From assembly GCA_963746845.1 (NCBI GenBank), contig CAVVCZ010000002.1, positions 32,001-96,000 on the forward strand: a stretch of DNA of 64,000 bases. Reading direction: 5' to 3'. Positions 1 through 10,656 of this stretch are shown piece by piece. Position 1 is the first letter of the stretch; the number at the start of each line of letters is the position of its first letter. Position numbers and translations under genes: made by a program. The notes under the pieces were generated by a model. It was not told the origin of the DNA and made no database searches. It saw only the letters and a list, made by a program, of their open reading frames with translations. This stretch comes from an uncultured Chloroflexia bacterium (GTDB taxonomy: Bacteria > Chloroflexota > Limnocylindria > Limnocylindrales > CSP1-4).

Positions 1-77
1 CCCGCTCCCCAGTCGTGACCGGAGGTCCCGTGCTGCCGAGTCTCGGCGCCGAGGAAGGCCGGAGTCCGGAGGAACGC

Positions 78-482
78 ATGACCAAGAGCCGCCCCATCGG
101 GGCCACGATCCTTGCCGTCCTGGCGGGCGTCGCCCTGCTGCTCGCGATCGTCCACCTGCTGCAGGCGCTGGGGATCGTCCCGTACTTCGTGGGTCCGGTC
201 GGCAGCCCCGCGAATGTCCGTGACTTCAGCCTCTGGTACACGCTGATGTGGGGCCTGATGATCTGGATCTGGGTGTGGGTCATCCAGCAGCTCTGGGTCG
301 CGAGCCCGGAGGCCTGGCTGTTCCTGCTGATCGTCAGCGGGTTCAACATGATGTTCGACTTCATCAACATGGCCGTCGCGACGACGACGAGCTCGGACCT
401 CACCGCCAGCTTCATCCTCAACCTGGTGATCTTCGGCTATACCCTGCTGCCCAGCACGAAGCGCGGGTTCAGCGTCGAGTAG
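78..482 (+). CDS. Small 4-TM membrane protein (RPxGxTILA-type)
   Basis: ATG at 78 after GGAGGA; four hydrophobic segments; resembles 19636-20040. Confidence 0.7.
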   Translation: MTKSRPIGATILAVLAGVALLLAIVHLLQALGIVPYFVGPVGSPANVRDFSLWYTLMWGLMIWIWVWVIQQLWVASPEAWLFLLIVSGFNMMFDFINMAVATTTSSDLTASFILNLVIFGYTLLPSTKRGFSVE

Positions 483-588
483 CGCACGTGGCTGACCGCG
501 CCGGCGGGGCGCCGAGTCCACCTGATCGGAATGGATCCTTGTCCGTCGCACCGGCGGGACCTTCGAGCGATGGGATCGATCGCGCTGG

Positions 589-900
589 ATGGGCATGATG
601 GCCGCGATGGTCGCGATCCCGCTCCTTCGCACCCGGGTCGCCGGGATGGGGATCCGCCTCGAGCTGGGCAGCTGGACATACGGCAACGGCCGGACGCTCG
701 ATGAGGCCGCGGACGACCTCGTCACGCGGTTGACGTCGCAGGCCCTGGCGATCCGGTCCGGCGGGCTGCGTCTCCACGCCGAGGTGCCGCTGCCCGACCG
801 GGCATACCTCGACTTCCTCTGGGAGCTCGGCGAGGTTGCCCGCGAGCCCGACCGGGTCCGCGCGAGGCTGTTCGGGGGCGGCGACCGAACCTTCGGATAA
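589..900 (+). CDS. Hypothetical protein
   Basis: 103 aa ORF with coding-like composition; start uncertain. Confidence 0.5.
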   Translation: MGMMAAMVAIPLLRTRVAGMGIRLELGSWTYGNGRTLDEAADDLVTRLTSQALAIRSGGLRLHAEVPLPDRAYLDFLWELGEVAREPDRVRARLFGGGDRTFG

Positions 901-1072
901 GCCGAAGCCGCACCCGACCGCGGCGACCCGGCGACGCGACCTGACCCCGCTCGCGACCCCGAGCGAGCGGGCGGGCCACCCCTGCCGAACGCCTGCGCGC
1001 GCCATGGGCGCGGCGGCCGAGCCGGGCGACAGTGACGACTCCAGCATGTCACTGCCTTTGGGGGCACCCGCC

Positions 1073-3439
1073 ATGAGCTCCGACCGCCTCGACCGAACCC
1101 ATCTGCCGATCCCGGATCCGCAATGGGTCGGCGTCACGACCTACGACGCGAAGGACCCGGACACGCAGTTCCCGCCGATCACTCCGGTCCGGCCACCGGA
1201 CGGCGCCCCCAACGTCGTGATCATCCTGCTCGACGACGCCGGGTTCGGCGCGTCCAGTGCGTTCGGCGGCCCGTGCAATACGCCGGCGTTTGAGCGACTC
1301 GCCGCCGAAGGCCTGAAGTACACGCGCTTCCACACGACGGCGCTCTGCTCGCCGACGCGCGCGGCCCTCCTGAGCGGTCGCAACCACCACAGCGTCGGCA
1401 TGGGCGGGATCACGGAGATCGCGACCTCGGCTCCGGGCTACAGCTCCGTGCGGCCGAAGGACAAGGCGCCCCTGGCCGAGACCCTCCGGCACAACGGCTA
1501 CTCGACGGCGCAGTTCGGCAAGTGCCACGAGGTCCCGGTCTGGGAGACGAGCCCGATGGGTCCGTTCGACCGCTGGCCCTCGCCGGGCAACGGCTTCGAG
1601 CACTTCTACGGCTTCATCGGAGGCGAGACGAACCAGTACGCCCCGGCGCTGTATCGAGACACCGTCCCGGTCGAACCGGATCGAACGCCCGAGGAGGGCT
1701 ACCACTTCACCGAGGACATGACTGACCGGGCGATCGAATGGGTCGGCCAGCAGAAGGCGTTGATGCCGGACAAGCCGTTCTTCGTCTACTACGCCCCGGG
1801 CGCGACGCACGCGCCGCACCATGTGCCGCTCGAGTGGTCGGCAAAGTACAAGGGCCAGTTCGACGACGGATGGGACGCCCTGCGCGAGCGGACGTTCGCC
1901 CGCCAGAAGGAGCTCGGCGTCATCCCGCCGGACGCGGAGCTGACCGCGCGACCCGACGAGATCCCGTCGTGGGAATCGATCGCCGACGACCTCAAGCCGG
2001 TCCTCGCTCGCCAGATGGAGGTCTACGCCGGCTTCATGGAGCACACCGACCACCACGCCGGTCGCTTCATCGACGCCCTGGCGGAGCTCGACGTCCTCGA
2101 CAACACGCTGGTCTTCTGCATGATCGGCGACAACGGCGCCTCGGCCGAGGGCACGCCCCGGGGGACCTTCAATGAGCTGCTGGTCCTCAATGGCGCCGCC
2201 GCGATGGAGACGACCGAGTTCATGGCCTCGCGCATCGACAAGTTCGGCACGCCCGAGGCCTACAACCACTACGCGGTCGGCTGGGCCCACGCGATGGATA
2301 CGCCGTACCAGTGGACGAAGCAGGTCGCCTCGCATTGGGGCGGGACCCGGAACGGCACGATCGTTCGCTGGCCCGAGGGGATCCAGGCGAAGGGCGAGAT
2401 CCGCAACCAGTTCCACCACGTGATCGACGTGGCCCCCACGATCCTGGAGGCAGCCGGGCTGCCGGCGCCGTCGTTCGTGAACGGGATCCAGCAGGCACCG
2501 CTGGAGGGCATCTCGATGGCGTATTCGTTCGGCGACGCGGGAGCCGCCGATCGGCACACCACGCAGTACTTCGAGATGTTCGTCAACCGCGGCATCTACC
2601 ACCAGGGCTGGACGGCGGTCACGCGCCACTCCACGCCGTGGGTGGTCGGGCCACAGCTGCCGGCCTACGACGACGACGTCTGGGAGCTGTACGCCCCCGA
2701 CGACTGGACGCAGGCCCGTGACCTGGCCGCGGAGCAGCCGGAACGGCTCGCCCACCTGCAGCGGCTGTTCCTGATCGAGGCGGGCAAGTACAACGTCCTG
2801 CCTCTCGACGACCGTCGCGTGGAGCGCTTCAACCCCGATCTTGCCGGCCGGCCGCAGCTCCTCCACGGCAACCGCCAGATCCTGTTCGGCGGCATGGGCC
2901 GCCTGAGCGAGAACTCGGTCATCGTGATGAAGAACAAGTCGTATGCCGTCACGGCGCAGATCGTGGTGCCCGAGGGCGGCGCCAGCGGCACGGTCGTCGC
3001 CCAGGGCGGCGCGTTCGGCGGCTGGAGCCTCTACCTCAAGGATGGCCGGCCGGCCCACTGCTACAACCTCTTCGGCCTGCAGCAGTTCAAGGTCTACGGC
3101 GACGATCCTGTTCCAGCGGGCGAACACCAGGTCCGCGTCGAGTTCGCGTACGACGGTGGCGGCCTGGCCAAGGGCGGCACCGCCACGCTGCTGGTCGACG
3201 GAGCGAAGGTCGGCGAGGGCCGAATCGCCGCGACCGTTCCGATGGTCTTCTCGGCTGACGAGACGTGCGACGTCGGCAGCGACACGGGCACTCCCGTGAC
3301 GGACGACCTGACCTCGGCCGAGACGGTGTTCACCGGGCGCGTGAAGTGGGTCGAGATCGACCTCGGCGACGCGGCGGAGGACGCGGACCACCTGATCTCC
3401 GCGGAAGAGCGCTATCGCGTGGCCATGGCTCGCCAATGA
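1073..3439 (+). CDS. Arylsulfatase (Cys-type, long form with C-terminal beta-sandwich/LamG-like extension)
   Basis: PNVVIILLDDAGF, signature ALCSPTRAALLSGRN, GKCH, GDNG. Confidence 0.93.
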   Translation: MSSDRLDRTHLPIPDPQWVGVTTYDAKDPDTQFPPITPVRPPDGAPNVVIILLDDAGFGASSAFGGPCNTPAFERLAAEGLKYTRFHTTALCSPTRAALLSGRNHHSVGMGGITEIATSAPGYSSVRPKDKAPLAETLRHNGYSTAQFGKCHEVPVWETSPMGPFDRWPSPGNGFEHFYGFIGGETNQYAPALYRDTVPVEPDRTPEEGYHFTEDMTDRAIEWVGQQKALMPDKPFFVYYAPGATHAPHHVPLEWSAKYKGQFDDGWDALRERTFARQKELGVIPPDAELTARPDEIPSWESIADDLKPVLARQMEVYAGFMEHTDHHAGRFIDALAELDVLDNTLVFCMIGDNGASAEGTPRGTFNELLVLNGAAAMETTEFMASRIDKFGTPEAYNHYAVGWAHAMDTPYQWTKQVASHWGGTRNGTIVRWPEGIQAKGEIRNQFHHVIDVAPTILEAAGLPAPSFVNGIQQAPLEGISMAYSFGDAGAADRHTTQYFEMFVNRGIYHQGWTAVTRHSTPWVVGPQLPAYDDDVWELYAPDDWTQARDLAAEQPERLAHLQRLFLIEAGKYNVLPLDDRRVERFNPDLAGRPQLLHGNRQILFGGMGRLSENSVIVMKNKSYAVTAQIVVPEGGASGTVVAQGGAFGGWSLYLKDGRPAHCYNLFGLQQFKVYGDDPVPAGEHQVRVEFAYDGGGLAKGGTATLLVDGAKVGEGRIAATVPMVFSADETCDVGSDTGTPVTDDLTSAETVFTGRVKWVEIDLGDAAEDADHLISAEERYRVAMARQ

Positions 3440-5103
3440 CGTCTGACCGGGGATCGACTCCCGCACCGCTCGAACCGGCGTCCTCCGCCGCCCCTGCGGG
3501 CGTCCCTGCGAACGGCGGCCCGATCCTCGCGTCCCTGATCATCGTTGCCGCGGTCGCGAACCTCAACCTCTCGGTCGCGAACGTTGCGCTGCCCACGATC
3601 GGCCTCGCGTTCAACTCGTCACAGACGCAGTTGAACCTGGTCGCCGTCGGCTATTCCCTGGGCCTCGCCGCGTCCGTGCTGTGGCTGGGCGCCCTCGGCG
3701 ATCGCTACGGCCGGAAGACGATGCTGTTGCTCGGCATCGGGCTGTCGATCCCGGCCTGCATCGTCGCCGCGTTCGCTCCAACCATCGAGATCCTGATCGT
3801 CGCCCGGATCGTCGGCGGCATCTCCGCCGGCATGGCCTATCCGACGACGCTGGCGCTGATCACCGCGCTGTGGGCTCCGGGCCCGGCACGAACCCATTCG
3901 ATCGCCCTCTGGTCGGCGCTCGGCGGCGCCATCGCGGCGCTCGGTCCCCTGGTCGCCGGCGTCCTGCTCGAGCGGTTCGTCTGGGGATCGGTCTTTCTCG
4001 TCACGCTCCCGCTCGCCGCCCTGGCGCTCGTCATGGCGTGGCGCAACGTGCCCGCCCACGTCAACGAGACAGACGATCCGGTCGACAACCTCGGCGGAAT
4101 CCTCTCGGCGGTGCTTGTCGGGGCGCTGATCCTCGCGATCAACTTCGCGCCAGTGCCGAACATGGGGACGCTCGTCATCGGGCTGGCGCTGATTGCGGTC
4201 GCCGCGACCGTCGGGTTCCTCGTCCGCCAGCGGCGGGCCCGCAACCCGCTCTACGACCTGGTGATCGCGGCGCGCCCCACGTTCTGGGTCGCGGCACTCG
4301 CGGGGATCATCGTGTTCGGCTCGCTGATGGGCGCGATGTTCATCGGTCAGCAGTACCTCCAGAACGTCCTTGCCTACACGACACTCCAGGCCGGCCTCGC
4401 GATCATCCCGGCCGCCTTGATGATGGTCATCGTGGCTCCCCGGTCCGCAAAGCTCGTCGAGGCCCGCGGAGCGCGGGCCACGCTGCTCCTCGGATACGTC
4501 TTCGTGATGCTCGGTTTCGTCACCATGCTCCTGCTCTGGCAGGACGGCAGCAGCTACCTCGTCGTCGCGATCGGTTACGGCATGGTGGGGATTGGCGTAG
4601 GGCTCGCGGGCACCCCGGCCTCGCGGTCCCTGACGGGCTCGGTCCCGGTCACCCGCGCCGGCATGGCGTCGGGGACCGCCGACCTCCAGCGGGACCTGGG
4701 CGGCGCGATCATGCAGTCGATCTTCGGCGCCCTCCTGACGGCGGGCTATGCCGCCGCCGCCACGGCCGCGCTCGCCGGCGTGCCGCCGAACCCGGACGTC
4801 ACGGCGAGCGTCCAGAGCCAGCTCACGATGTCCTTTGCGGGTGCCGCCAATATCGCGGCGCAATACCCGCAGTACAGCGCGGCGATCACCGCCGGGGCGA
4901 AGGAATCCTTCCTCGCAGGCGATCAGTGGGCATATCTGGCCGGCATCGTCGCCGTCGCCCTCGGCGCGGCACTCGTCGCATGGAAGTTCCCGCGCAAGGA
5001 CGAGGAACGCCGGCTGCTCGCCGAGTACCAGCGTGGGGCGGTCGCATCAACGCCCACCGAGTCGCCATCCATTCCCTCACCGGCACCGGCCGGCGTGTCC
5101 TGA
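3436..5103 (+). CDS. MFS transporter, DHA2/EmrB-QacA-like (14 TM)
   Basis: ATGA overlap with sulfatase; GALGDRYGRK motif A; many TM helices. Confidence 0.88.
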   Translation: MTSDRGSTPAPLEPASSAAPAGVPANGGPILASLIIVAAVANLNLSVANVALPTIGLAFNSSQTQLNLVAVGYSLGLAASVLWLGALGDRYGRKTMLLLGIGLSIPACIVAAFAPTIEILIVARIVGGISAGMAYPTTLALITALWAPGPARTHSIALWSALGGAIAALGPLVAGVLLERFVWGSVFLVTLPLAALALVMAWRNVPAHVNETDDPVDNLGGILSAVLVGALILAINFAPVPNMGTLVIGLALIAVAATVGFLVRQRRARNPLYDLVIAARPTFWVAALAGIIVFGSLMGAMFIGQQYLQNVLAYTTLQAGLAIIPAALMMVIVAPRSAKLVEARGARATLLLGYVFVMLGFVTMLLLWQDGSSYLVVAIGYGMVGIGVGLAGTPASRSLTGSVPVTRAGMASGTADLQRDLGGAIMQSIFGALLTAGYAAAATAALAGVPPNPDVTASVQSQLTMSFAGAANIAAQYPQYSAAITAGAKESFLAGDQWAYLAGIVAVALGAALVAWKFPRKDEERRLLAEYQRGAVASTPTESPSIPSPAPAGVS

Positions 5104-5149
5104 CCCGAGCCAGCTCACGGAGGTCACGTCCCCACCATGGACCTGGGTC

Positions 5150-5560
5150 ACATCGCCAGCTTCGATCTCGGCGAGGCCCGGACGGCGCGTGTTCGACTTC
5201 ATGTCGGCGTTCTCTCTGCCCTGGTACGCGGCGATCGGCGTCAACAAGGCGCTCGACGCTCAGCTGCCTTACGCCTGCATCCTGATCGGCGTCGTCGGGC
5301 CGACGGCCGGACAATTCCTGATCGACATCACGTCGGGGGTCACGCCGCAGCACTTCGTCCGGGGCGAGTGGTTCGTCGGGACCGCCGTCCTGACGAGCGT
5401 CGTCTACCTGATCGCCGATGCCGGCTTCGGGCTGACGATCTGGCCGGCGACGCTGATCGCGTTCGTCGTCGGCTTCGGGTTCCGCGTCGCGGCGCGCCAG
5501 TTCAAGTGGGAGGAGCCCCTGCCACGAAACGAGGAAGGGGCGGTCGCCCCGAGCTCATGA
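5150..5560 (+). pseudogene. C-terminal half of a TRIC/UPF0126 (YadS-like) membrane protein; N-terminal repeat absent
   Basis: AIGVNKAL...IGVVGPTAGQFLIDITSGVTPQHFVRGEWFV in frame to stop at 5560; no room for first repeat after MFS stop. Confidence 0.6.
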
Positions 5561-5599
5561 CGGCGAATCAACGAGGCAACAACCATCAGGAGGTCTGAC

Positions 5600-7141
5600 A
5601 TGCCGAACGGGAAGCCGAACATCGTCGTCATCTGGGGCGACGACATCGGGATCACGAACCTGAGCTGCTACAGCGATGGATTGATGGGCTACCGGACGCC
5701 GAACATCGATCGCGTCGCCAACGAGGGCATGCGGTTCACCGACTCCTACGGTGAGCAGAGCTGCACGGCGGGCCGCTCGTCGTTCATCACCGGCCAGAGC
5801 GTCTTCCGGACCGGGCTCAGCAAGGTCGGCATGCCGGGCGCGGATGTCGGACTCCAGCCCGAGGATCCGACGATCGCCGAGCTGCTCAAGCCGTTGGGCT
5901 ATGCGACTGGCCAGTTCGGGAAGAACCACCTCGGCGACCTGAACAAGTACTTGCCGACGGCGCACGGATTCGACGAGTTCTTCGGCAATCTCTACCACCT
6001 CAATGCCGAGGAGGAGCCGGAGCTGCCGAACTATCCGCCGGAGAAGGACTTCCCGAACTTCAAGGCCCGGTTCGGACCGCGCGGCGTCATCCGCTCGTGG
6101 GCGACCGACGTGGACGACGCGACCGAGGATCCCCGCTTCGGCCGGGTCGGCAAGCAGCGCATCGAGGACACCGGGCCGCTGACGAAGAAGCGGATGGAGA
6201 CGATCGATGACGAGATCATCGCCGCGGCGAAGGACTTCATCAAGCGCCAGCACGCGAGCGGCACGCCGTTCTTCACCTGGGTCAACACGACCCACATGCA
6301 CTTCCGGACACACACCAAGCCCGAGAGCATCGGTCAGGCGGGACGCTGGCAGTCGCCCTACCACGACGCCATGGTCGACCACGACAAGAACGTGGGCGAG
6401 GTGCTCGACCTCATCGACGAGCTCGGCCTGACCGAGGACACGATCGTCATCTACTCGACCGACAACGGGCCCCACATGAACACCTGGCCGGACGGTGCCA
6501 TGACCCCCTTCCGGAGCGAGAAGAACACCAACTGGGAGGGTGCCTTCCGCGTCCCCGAGATGGTCCGCTGGCCCGGACACATCCCTGCAGGCGCTGTGTC
6601 CAACGAGATCATCCAGCACCACGATTGGCTGCCGACGTTCCTCGCTGCCGCGGGCGAACCCGATGTCGTCGAGAAGCTGAAGAAGGGCCACAAGGCCGGT
6701 GACGCGACCTTCAAGGTCCATATCGACGGCTACAACTTCCTGCCGTACCTGACCGGCGAGCAGGAGAAGGGCCCACGCCAGGGGTTCATCTACTTCTCGG
6801 ACGACGGCGACGTCCTCGGAATCCGGTTCGACAATTGGAAGGTCGTCTTCATGGAGCAGCGCCGCCAGGGCACGCTCGAGATCTGGTTCGAACCGTTCAC
6901 CGTCCTGCGCGTCCCCAAGCTGTTCAACCTCCGCATGGACCCGTTCGAGCGGGCGGACATCACGTCGAACACGTACTGGGACTGGTTCGCGGACAACGAC
7001 TACCTCGCCCTCGCGGCAACGACCTTGACCGCCCAGTTCCTGGCGACGTTCAAGGACTTCCCGCCCCGCCAGCGGGCAGCCAGCTTCACGATCGACCAGG
7101 TCGTGGAGAAGCTCGAGGCTGCCCTGACGGCCGGTCACTGA
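5600..7141 (+). CDS. Arylsulfatase (Cys-type)
   Basis: AGGAGG RBS; KPNIVVIWGDDIG, SCTAGRSSFITG, GKNHLG, STDNG. Confidence 0.93.
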   Translation: MPNGKPNIVVIWGDDIGITNLSCYSDGLMGYRTPNIDRVANEGMRFTDSYGEQSCTAGRSSFITGQSVFRTGLSKVGMPGADVGLQPEDPTIAELLKPLGYATGQFGKNHLGDLNKYLPTAHGFDEFFGNLYHLNAEEEPELPNYPPEKDFPNFKARFGPRGVIRSWATDVDDATEDPRFGRVGKQRIEDTGPLTKKRMETIDDEIIAAAKDFIKRQHASGTPFFTWVNTTHMHFRTHTKPESIGQAGRWQSPYHDAMVDHDKNVGEVLDLIDELGLTEDTIVIYSTDNGPHMNTWPDGAMTPFRSEKNTNWEGAFRVPEMVRWPGHIPAGAVSNEIIQHHDWLPTFLAAAGEPDVVEKLKKGHKAGDATFKVHIDGYNFLPYLTGEQEKGPRQGFIYFSDDGDVLGIRFDNWKVVFMEQRRQGTLEIWFEPFTVLRVPKLFNLRMDPFERADITSNTYWDWFADNDYLALAATTLTAQFLATFKDFPPRQRAASFTIDQVVEKLEAALTAGH

Positions 7142-7143
7142 CG

Positions 7144-8070
7144 ATGACCGATCCACTCTCGTCCTGGAACGACACGGCGACGAAGGCGGCCATCACCGCC
7201 TTCGTCGACCGGGTCACGTCAGGCCCGGATGCCGTCCCGGTCGAGGAGCGTGTTGCGGTCTTCGACAACGACGGCACGCTGTGGACCGAGAAGCCGATGC
7301 CGACCGAGCTCGTCTTCATCCTCCAGCGGCTCGCCGCGATGGCGGAATCCGACGCGGCCCTTCGCGACCGGCAGCCATGGAAGGCCGCATACGACAAGGA
7401 CTACGCCTGGCTGGCCGGCGTCATCGACAAGCACTACGGCGGCGACGACACCGACGTGAAGATCCTGATGGGCGGGATCATCGCGGCGTTCGCCGGCATG
7501 AACGTCGACGACTACGGAACGGCCGCGGGGGCGTTCGTCGACCAGCACCACCCCACGCTCAGTCGCCCGTTTCGGACGCTCGGCTACCAGCCGATGGTCG
7601 AGCTGCTCCGATACCTCGAGGCGAACGGCTTCACCACGCTGATCGCCTCCGGCGGCAACCGCGACTTCATGCGCGGCTTCGCGTGGGACGTCTACCGCCT
7701 TCCGCCCGAACGGATCATCGGCAGCTCGAACGAGCTCCAGTTCGTGCCCGAGGACGGCTCGATCGTCTATGCCGCCGCGCCGGACATCTTCGACGACGGA
7801 CCGGCGAAGCCGATCCGGATCTGGAGCCGGCTCGGCCGGCGCCCCTTGATTGCGGGCGGCAACTCGAACGGCGATGTGCCGATGCTCCAGTTCGCCGGTG
7901 GCCCGGCCCGGCCAGGCCTCCGGCTGCTCGTCCTCCACGACGATCCGGTCCGCGAGTTCGACTACGTCAAGGGCGCGGAGAAGGCCCTCGACACCGCACG
8001 ATCGGAAGGCTGGACCGTCATCAGCGTCAAGGACGACTGGGCAAGGGTCTTCGCCGACCACCCCGGGTGA
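7144..8070 (+). CDS. HAD-superfamily hydrolase
   Basis: AVFDNDGTLW motif I, IASGG motif II, K, GNSNGD motif IV. Confidence 0.88.
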   Translation: MTDPLSSWNDTATKAAITAFVDRVTSGPDAVPVEERVAVFDNDGTLWTEKPMPTELVFILQRLAAMAESDAALRDRQPWKAAYDKDYAWLAGVIDKHYGGDDTDVKILMGGIIAAFAGMNVDDYGTAAGAFVDQHHPTLSRPFRTLGYQPMVELLRYLEANGFTTLIASGGNRDFMRGFAWDVYRLPPERIIGSSNELQFVPEDGSIVYAAAPDIFDDGPAKPIRIWSRLGRRPLIAGGNSNGDVPMLQFAGGPARPGLRLLVLHDDPVREFDYVKGAEKALDTARSEGWTVISVKDDWARVFADHPG

Positions 8071-8107
8071 CCGGCGAGGCGGTCGCCCGCGCGTCGAGGC
8101 ATCCACG

Positions 8108-9835
8108 ATGAAGCTGTTCTCGAGCTTCGCCGGCCGGTTCCAGCCGGCGTGGCTGTCGAATGACGCGATCGCCGGCCTGACGGTCTGGGCCGTCCTCGTC
8201 CCGGAGGCCCTCGCCTACGCAACGATCGCCGGGGTTTCGCCGGTCGTAGGGCTGTATGCGGCTCCCCCTGCGCTGATCCTGTACGCGGTCTTCGGCAGCT
8301 CGCGTCACCTGGTCGTCGGCCCGATGGCGGCAACCGCGGCGCTGTCGGCCGCCGTCGTCGGGGACTTCGCGGCCGGCGGGACCGACGCGTTCACCGCCAT
8401 GACCGTGGCGCTGGCGCTCGTCGTCGGGATCCTGGTCATCGTTGCCGGTCTGCTCCGGCTCGGGTTCCTGGCGACGTTCATCTCGGAGCCGGTGCTGAAG
8501 GGCTTCATCGTGGGCCTGGCCCTGACGATCATCGTCGGCCAGCTCCACAAGCTCACCGGAACCCCGAAGACGGAAGGCAACTTCTTCGAGCAGCTCTGGG
8601 CCTGGCTCGGAACGCTCGGCCAGACGAACCTCACGACGCTCGTGATCGGCCTGATCTCGCTCGCGATCGTGGTGATCCTGAAGGAGCGTCTGCCTGTCGT
8701 GCCCGGATCGCTGATCGCGGTGTTCTTCGGGATCGGTGCCGTGGCGGTGTTCGGTCTGGATCAGCGCGGTGTCGAGATCGTCGGCCCGATCCAGGCGGGA
8801 CTGCCCCCGTTCGGCCTCCCGGACGTGCGCGGGATCGACTACCTGACGCTGACCGGTGCCTCGCTCGGGGTGGCCCTCGTCGCCTTCGCCGAAGGGCTGG
8901 GCGCGGCGAAGACCTACGCCGCGAAGAACCACTACGACATCGACCCGAACCAGGAGCTGATCGCCCTGGGCGCGTCCAACGTCGGTGCCGGACTGTTCGG
9001 CGGGATGGTCGTCAACGGCAGCCTGTCGAAGACCGCGGTGAACGGCGGTGCGGGCGCGAAGAGCCAGGCGTCCGGTCTGATCGTGGCGGTGGCAACCGTC
9101 ATCACCCTCCTGTTCCTGACGTCGCTGTTCGAGCAGCTGCCCGAGACGACGCTGGCCGCGGTGGTTGTCGCGGCGCTCATCGAGCTCGTCGACTGGCGCT
9201 CGCTCCGGAGCTTCTACCGGCTCTGGGACAGCCGGCTCGGCGCGATCTATGGACCGGCCGCCCGGGCCGACTTCCTCGCCGCGATGGCCGCGCTGCTCGG
9301 GGTCCTGATCTTCGACACCCTGCCGGGGCTGATCATCGGCATCCTCGTGTCGATCGCCCTCCTCGTCTATCGCGCGTCGCGGCCGCACGTGGCGCTGCTC
9401 GGCCACATCCCGGGCTCGGCGGACCAGTACGGGGACATCGAGCGGAATGCCGCGAACGAGCAGATCCCGGGGGTCGTGATCCTGCGACCGGAGAGCGGGC
9501 TGTTCTTCGCGAACGCCGACCTGATCCGGGACGCGGTCCGGACCGCCGCCGCGAAGTCCGGCGTTCAGGCCGTCGTCCTTGACCTCGAGACGGTGCCGAG
9601 CATCGACCTGACCGCCGCGAAGATGCTCGCGGACCTCGACGGCGAGCTCCGCGACATCGGCCGGACGCTCGTCGTCGCCCACGAGGTGGGCCAGGTCCGG
9701 GCGATCCTGCAACTCGAAGGGGCCGAGGGGATCGAGGTCTATCCGACCGTCGACGCCGCGGTCGAGGCGCTGCAGGCGACGAAGCACGCCGATGACGCGA
9801 CCAGTCCGGCGGGAACGGCGGAGGAACCAGGATGA
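8108..9835 (+). CDS. SulP family sulfate/anion transporter with STAS domain
   Basis: PEALAYA, GLYAA, FGSSRHLVVGP, NQELIALG, LFFANAD...VVLD. Confidence 0.92.
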   Translation: MKLFSSFAGRFQPAWLSNDAIAGLTVWAVLVPEALAYATIAGVSPVVGLYAAPPALILYAVFGSSRHLVVGPMAATAALSAAVVGDFAAGGTDAFTAMTVALALVVGILVIVAGLLRLGFLATFISEPVLKGFIVGLALTIIVGQLHKLTGTPKTEGNFFEQLWAWLGTLGQTNLTTLVIGLISLAIVVILKERLPVVPGSLIAVFFGIGAVAVFGLDQRGVEIVGPIQAGLPPFGLPDVRGIDYLTLTGASLGVALVAFAEGLGAAKTYAAKNHYDIDPNQELIALGASNVGAGLFGGMVVNGSLSKTAVNGGAGAKSQASGLIVAVATVITLLFLTSLFEQLPETTLAAVVVAALIELVDWRSLRSFYRLWDSRLGAIYGPAARADFLAAMAALLGVLIFDTLPGLIIGILVSIALLVYRASRPHVALLGHIPGSADQYGDIERNAANEQIPGVVILRPESGLFFANADLIRDAVRTAAAKSGVQAVVLDLETVPSIDLTAAKMLADLDGELRDIGRTLVVAHEVGQVRAILQLEGAEGIEVYPTVDAAVEALQATKHADDATSPAGTAEEPG

Positions 9836-10635
9836 TCGACGGATCGACCGCCCCGGAGACGGACGCGGCCCGCGCCGATCGGGGGCGCTCGCTCCGTCAG
9901 GCCGCGCGGCTGACGGCGATCGTCGGCATCACCTTCGCGGTCCTGTACATGATCTCCGCCCTGATCATGTACCAGGTCCCGACGGGCAACGCCACCGACG
10001 AGGAGATCCTCGCCTTCTATTCGAGCCCGGCGGCCGGGCTGCCGCTGATCGTCGGTCTCTACATCGCGCCGTTCTCCGGAATCTGCTTCATCTGGTTCAT
10101 CGTCGCCGTCCGGATGTGGGCCGCCGCGTCCGGCCGCACGCCCGCCATCCTCCAGTCGAACCTCCAGCTGGTCAGCGGCATCGCCTTCGTCATCCTGACG
10201 TTCATCGCCGCCGCGGCCTCGACCGTCGTCTCGGCGGTGGCGGAGGTCGACGGTGGGCGGATGGGCGTCGACGCCGCCCGCCAGTTCCCGATCTTCGGTC
10301 GGGCCATCACGCTGTTCTTCACGATGAAGATGGCCGCGATGTACGTCTTCACGACGTCGGTCATCGGGCGCGGGCCTGCGACATTCCCGAACTGGTTCGG
10401 GAACGCCGGGTTCGTCGTCGGGGCGTTCCTGCTCCTGAGCCCGGTCTTCACGCCGGTCCTCGTCCTCGCCTTCCCGATCTGGGTCATCGTCCTGTGCGCG
10501 ATCGTGTTCCGCGGCGCGCGGCGTTTCGCGACGGACATCCGGGTCGGCGACGTGATCGCGGTCGGGCGGGCGGGCCGGGAGATCACGGGCGTCGGGCCGC
10601 CCACCACGCCGCCCACCACGCCGCCCGAGCCGTAG
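9832..10635 (+). CDS. Membrane protein of unknown function (about 6 TM)
   Basis: ATGA overlap with SulP; hydrophobic helices. Confidence 0.7.
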   Translation: MIDGSTAPETDAARADRGRSLRQAARLTAIVGITFAVLYMISALIMYQVPTGNATDEEILAFYSSPAAGLPLIVGLYIAPFSGICFIWFIVAVRMWAAASGRTPAILQSNLQLVSGIAFVILTFIAAAASTVVSAVAEVDGGRMGVDAARQFPIFGRAITLFFTMKMAAMYVFTTSVIGRGPATFPNWFGNAGFVVGAFLLLSPVFTPVLVLAFPIWVIVLCAIVFRGARRFATDIRVGDVIAVGRAGREITGVGPPTTPPTTPPEP

Positions 10636-10656
10636 CCCTCGGGCGGGGCCCGCGCG

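Noticed and set aside
10599-10626. Short tandem repeat (CCCACCACGCCG)x2
   Set aside because: Encodes a low-complexity PPTT tail; no further significance evident.
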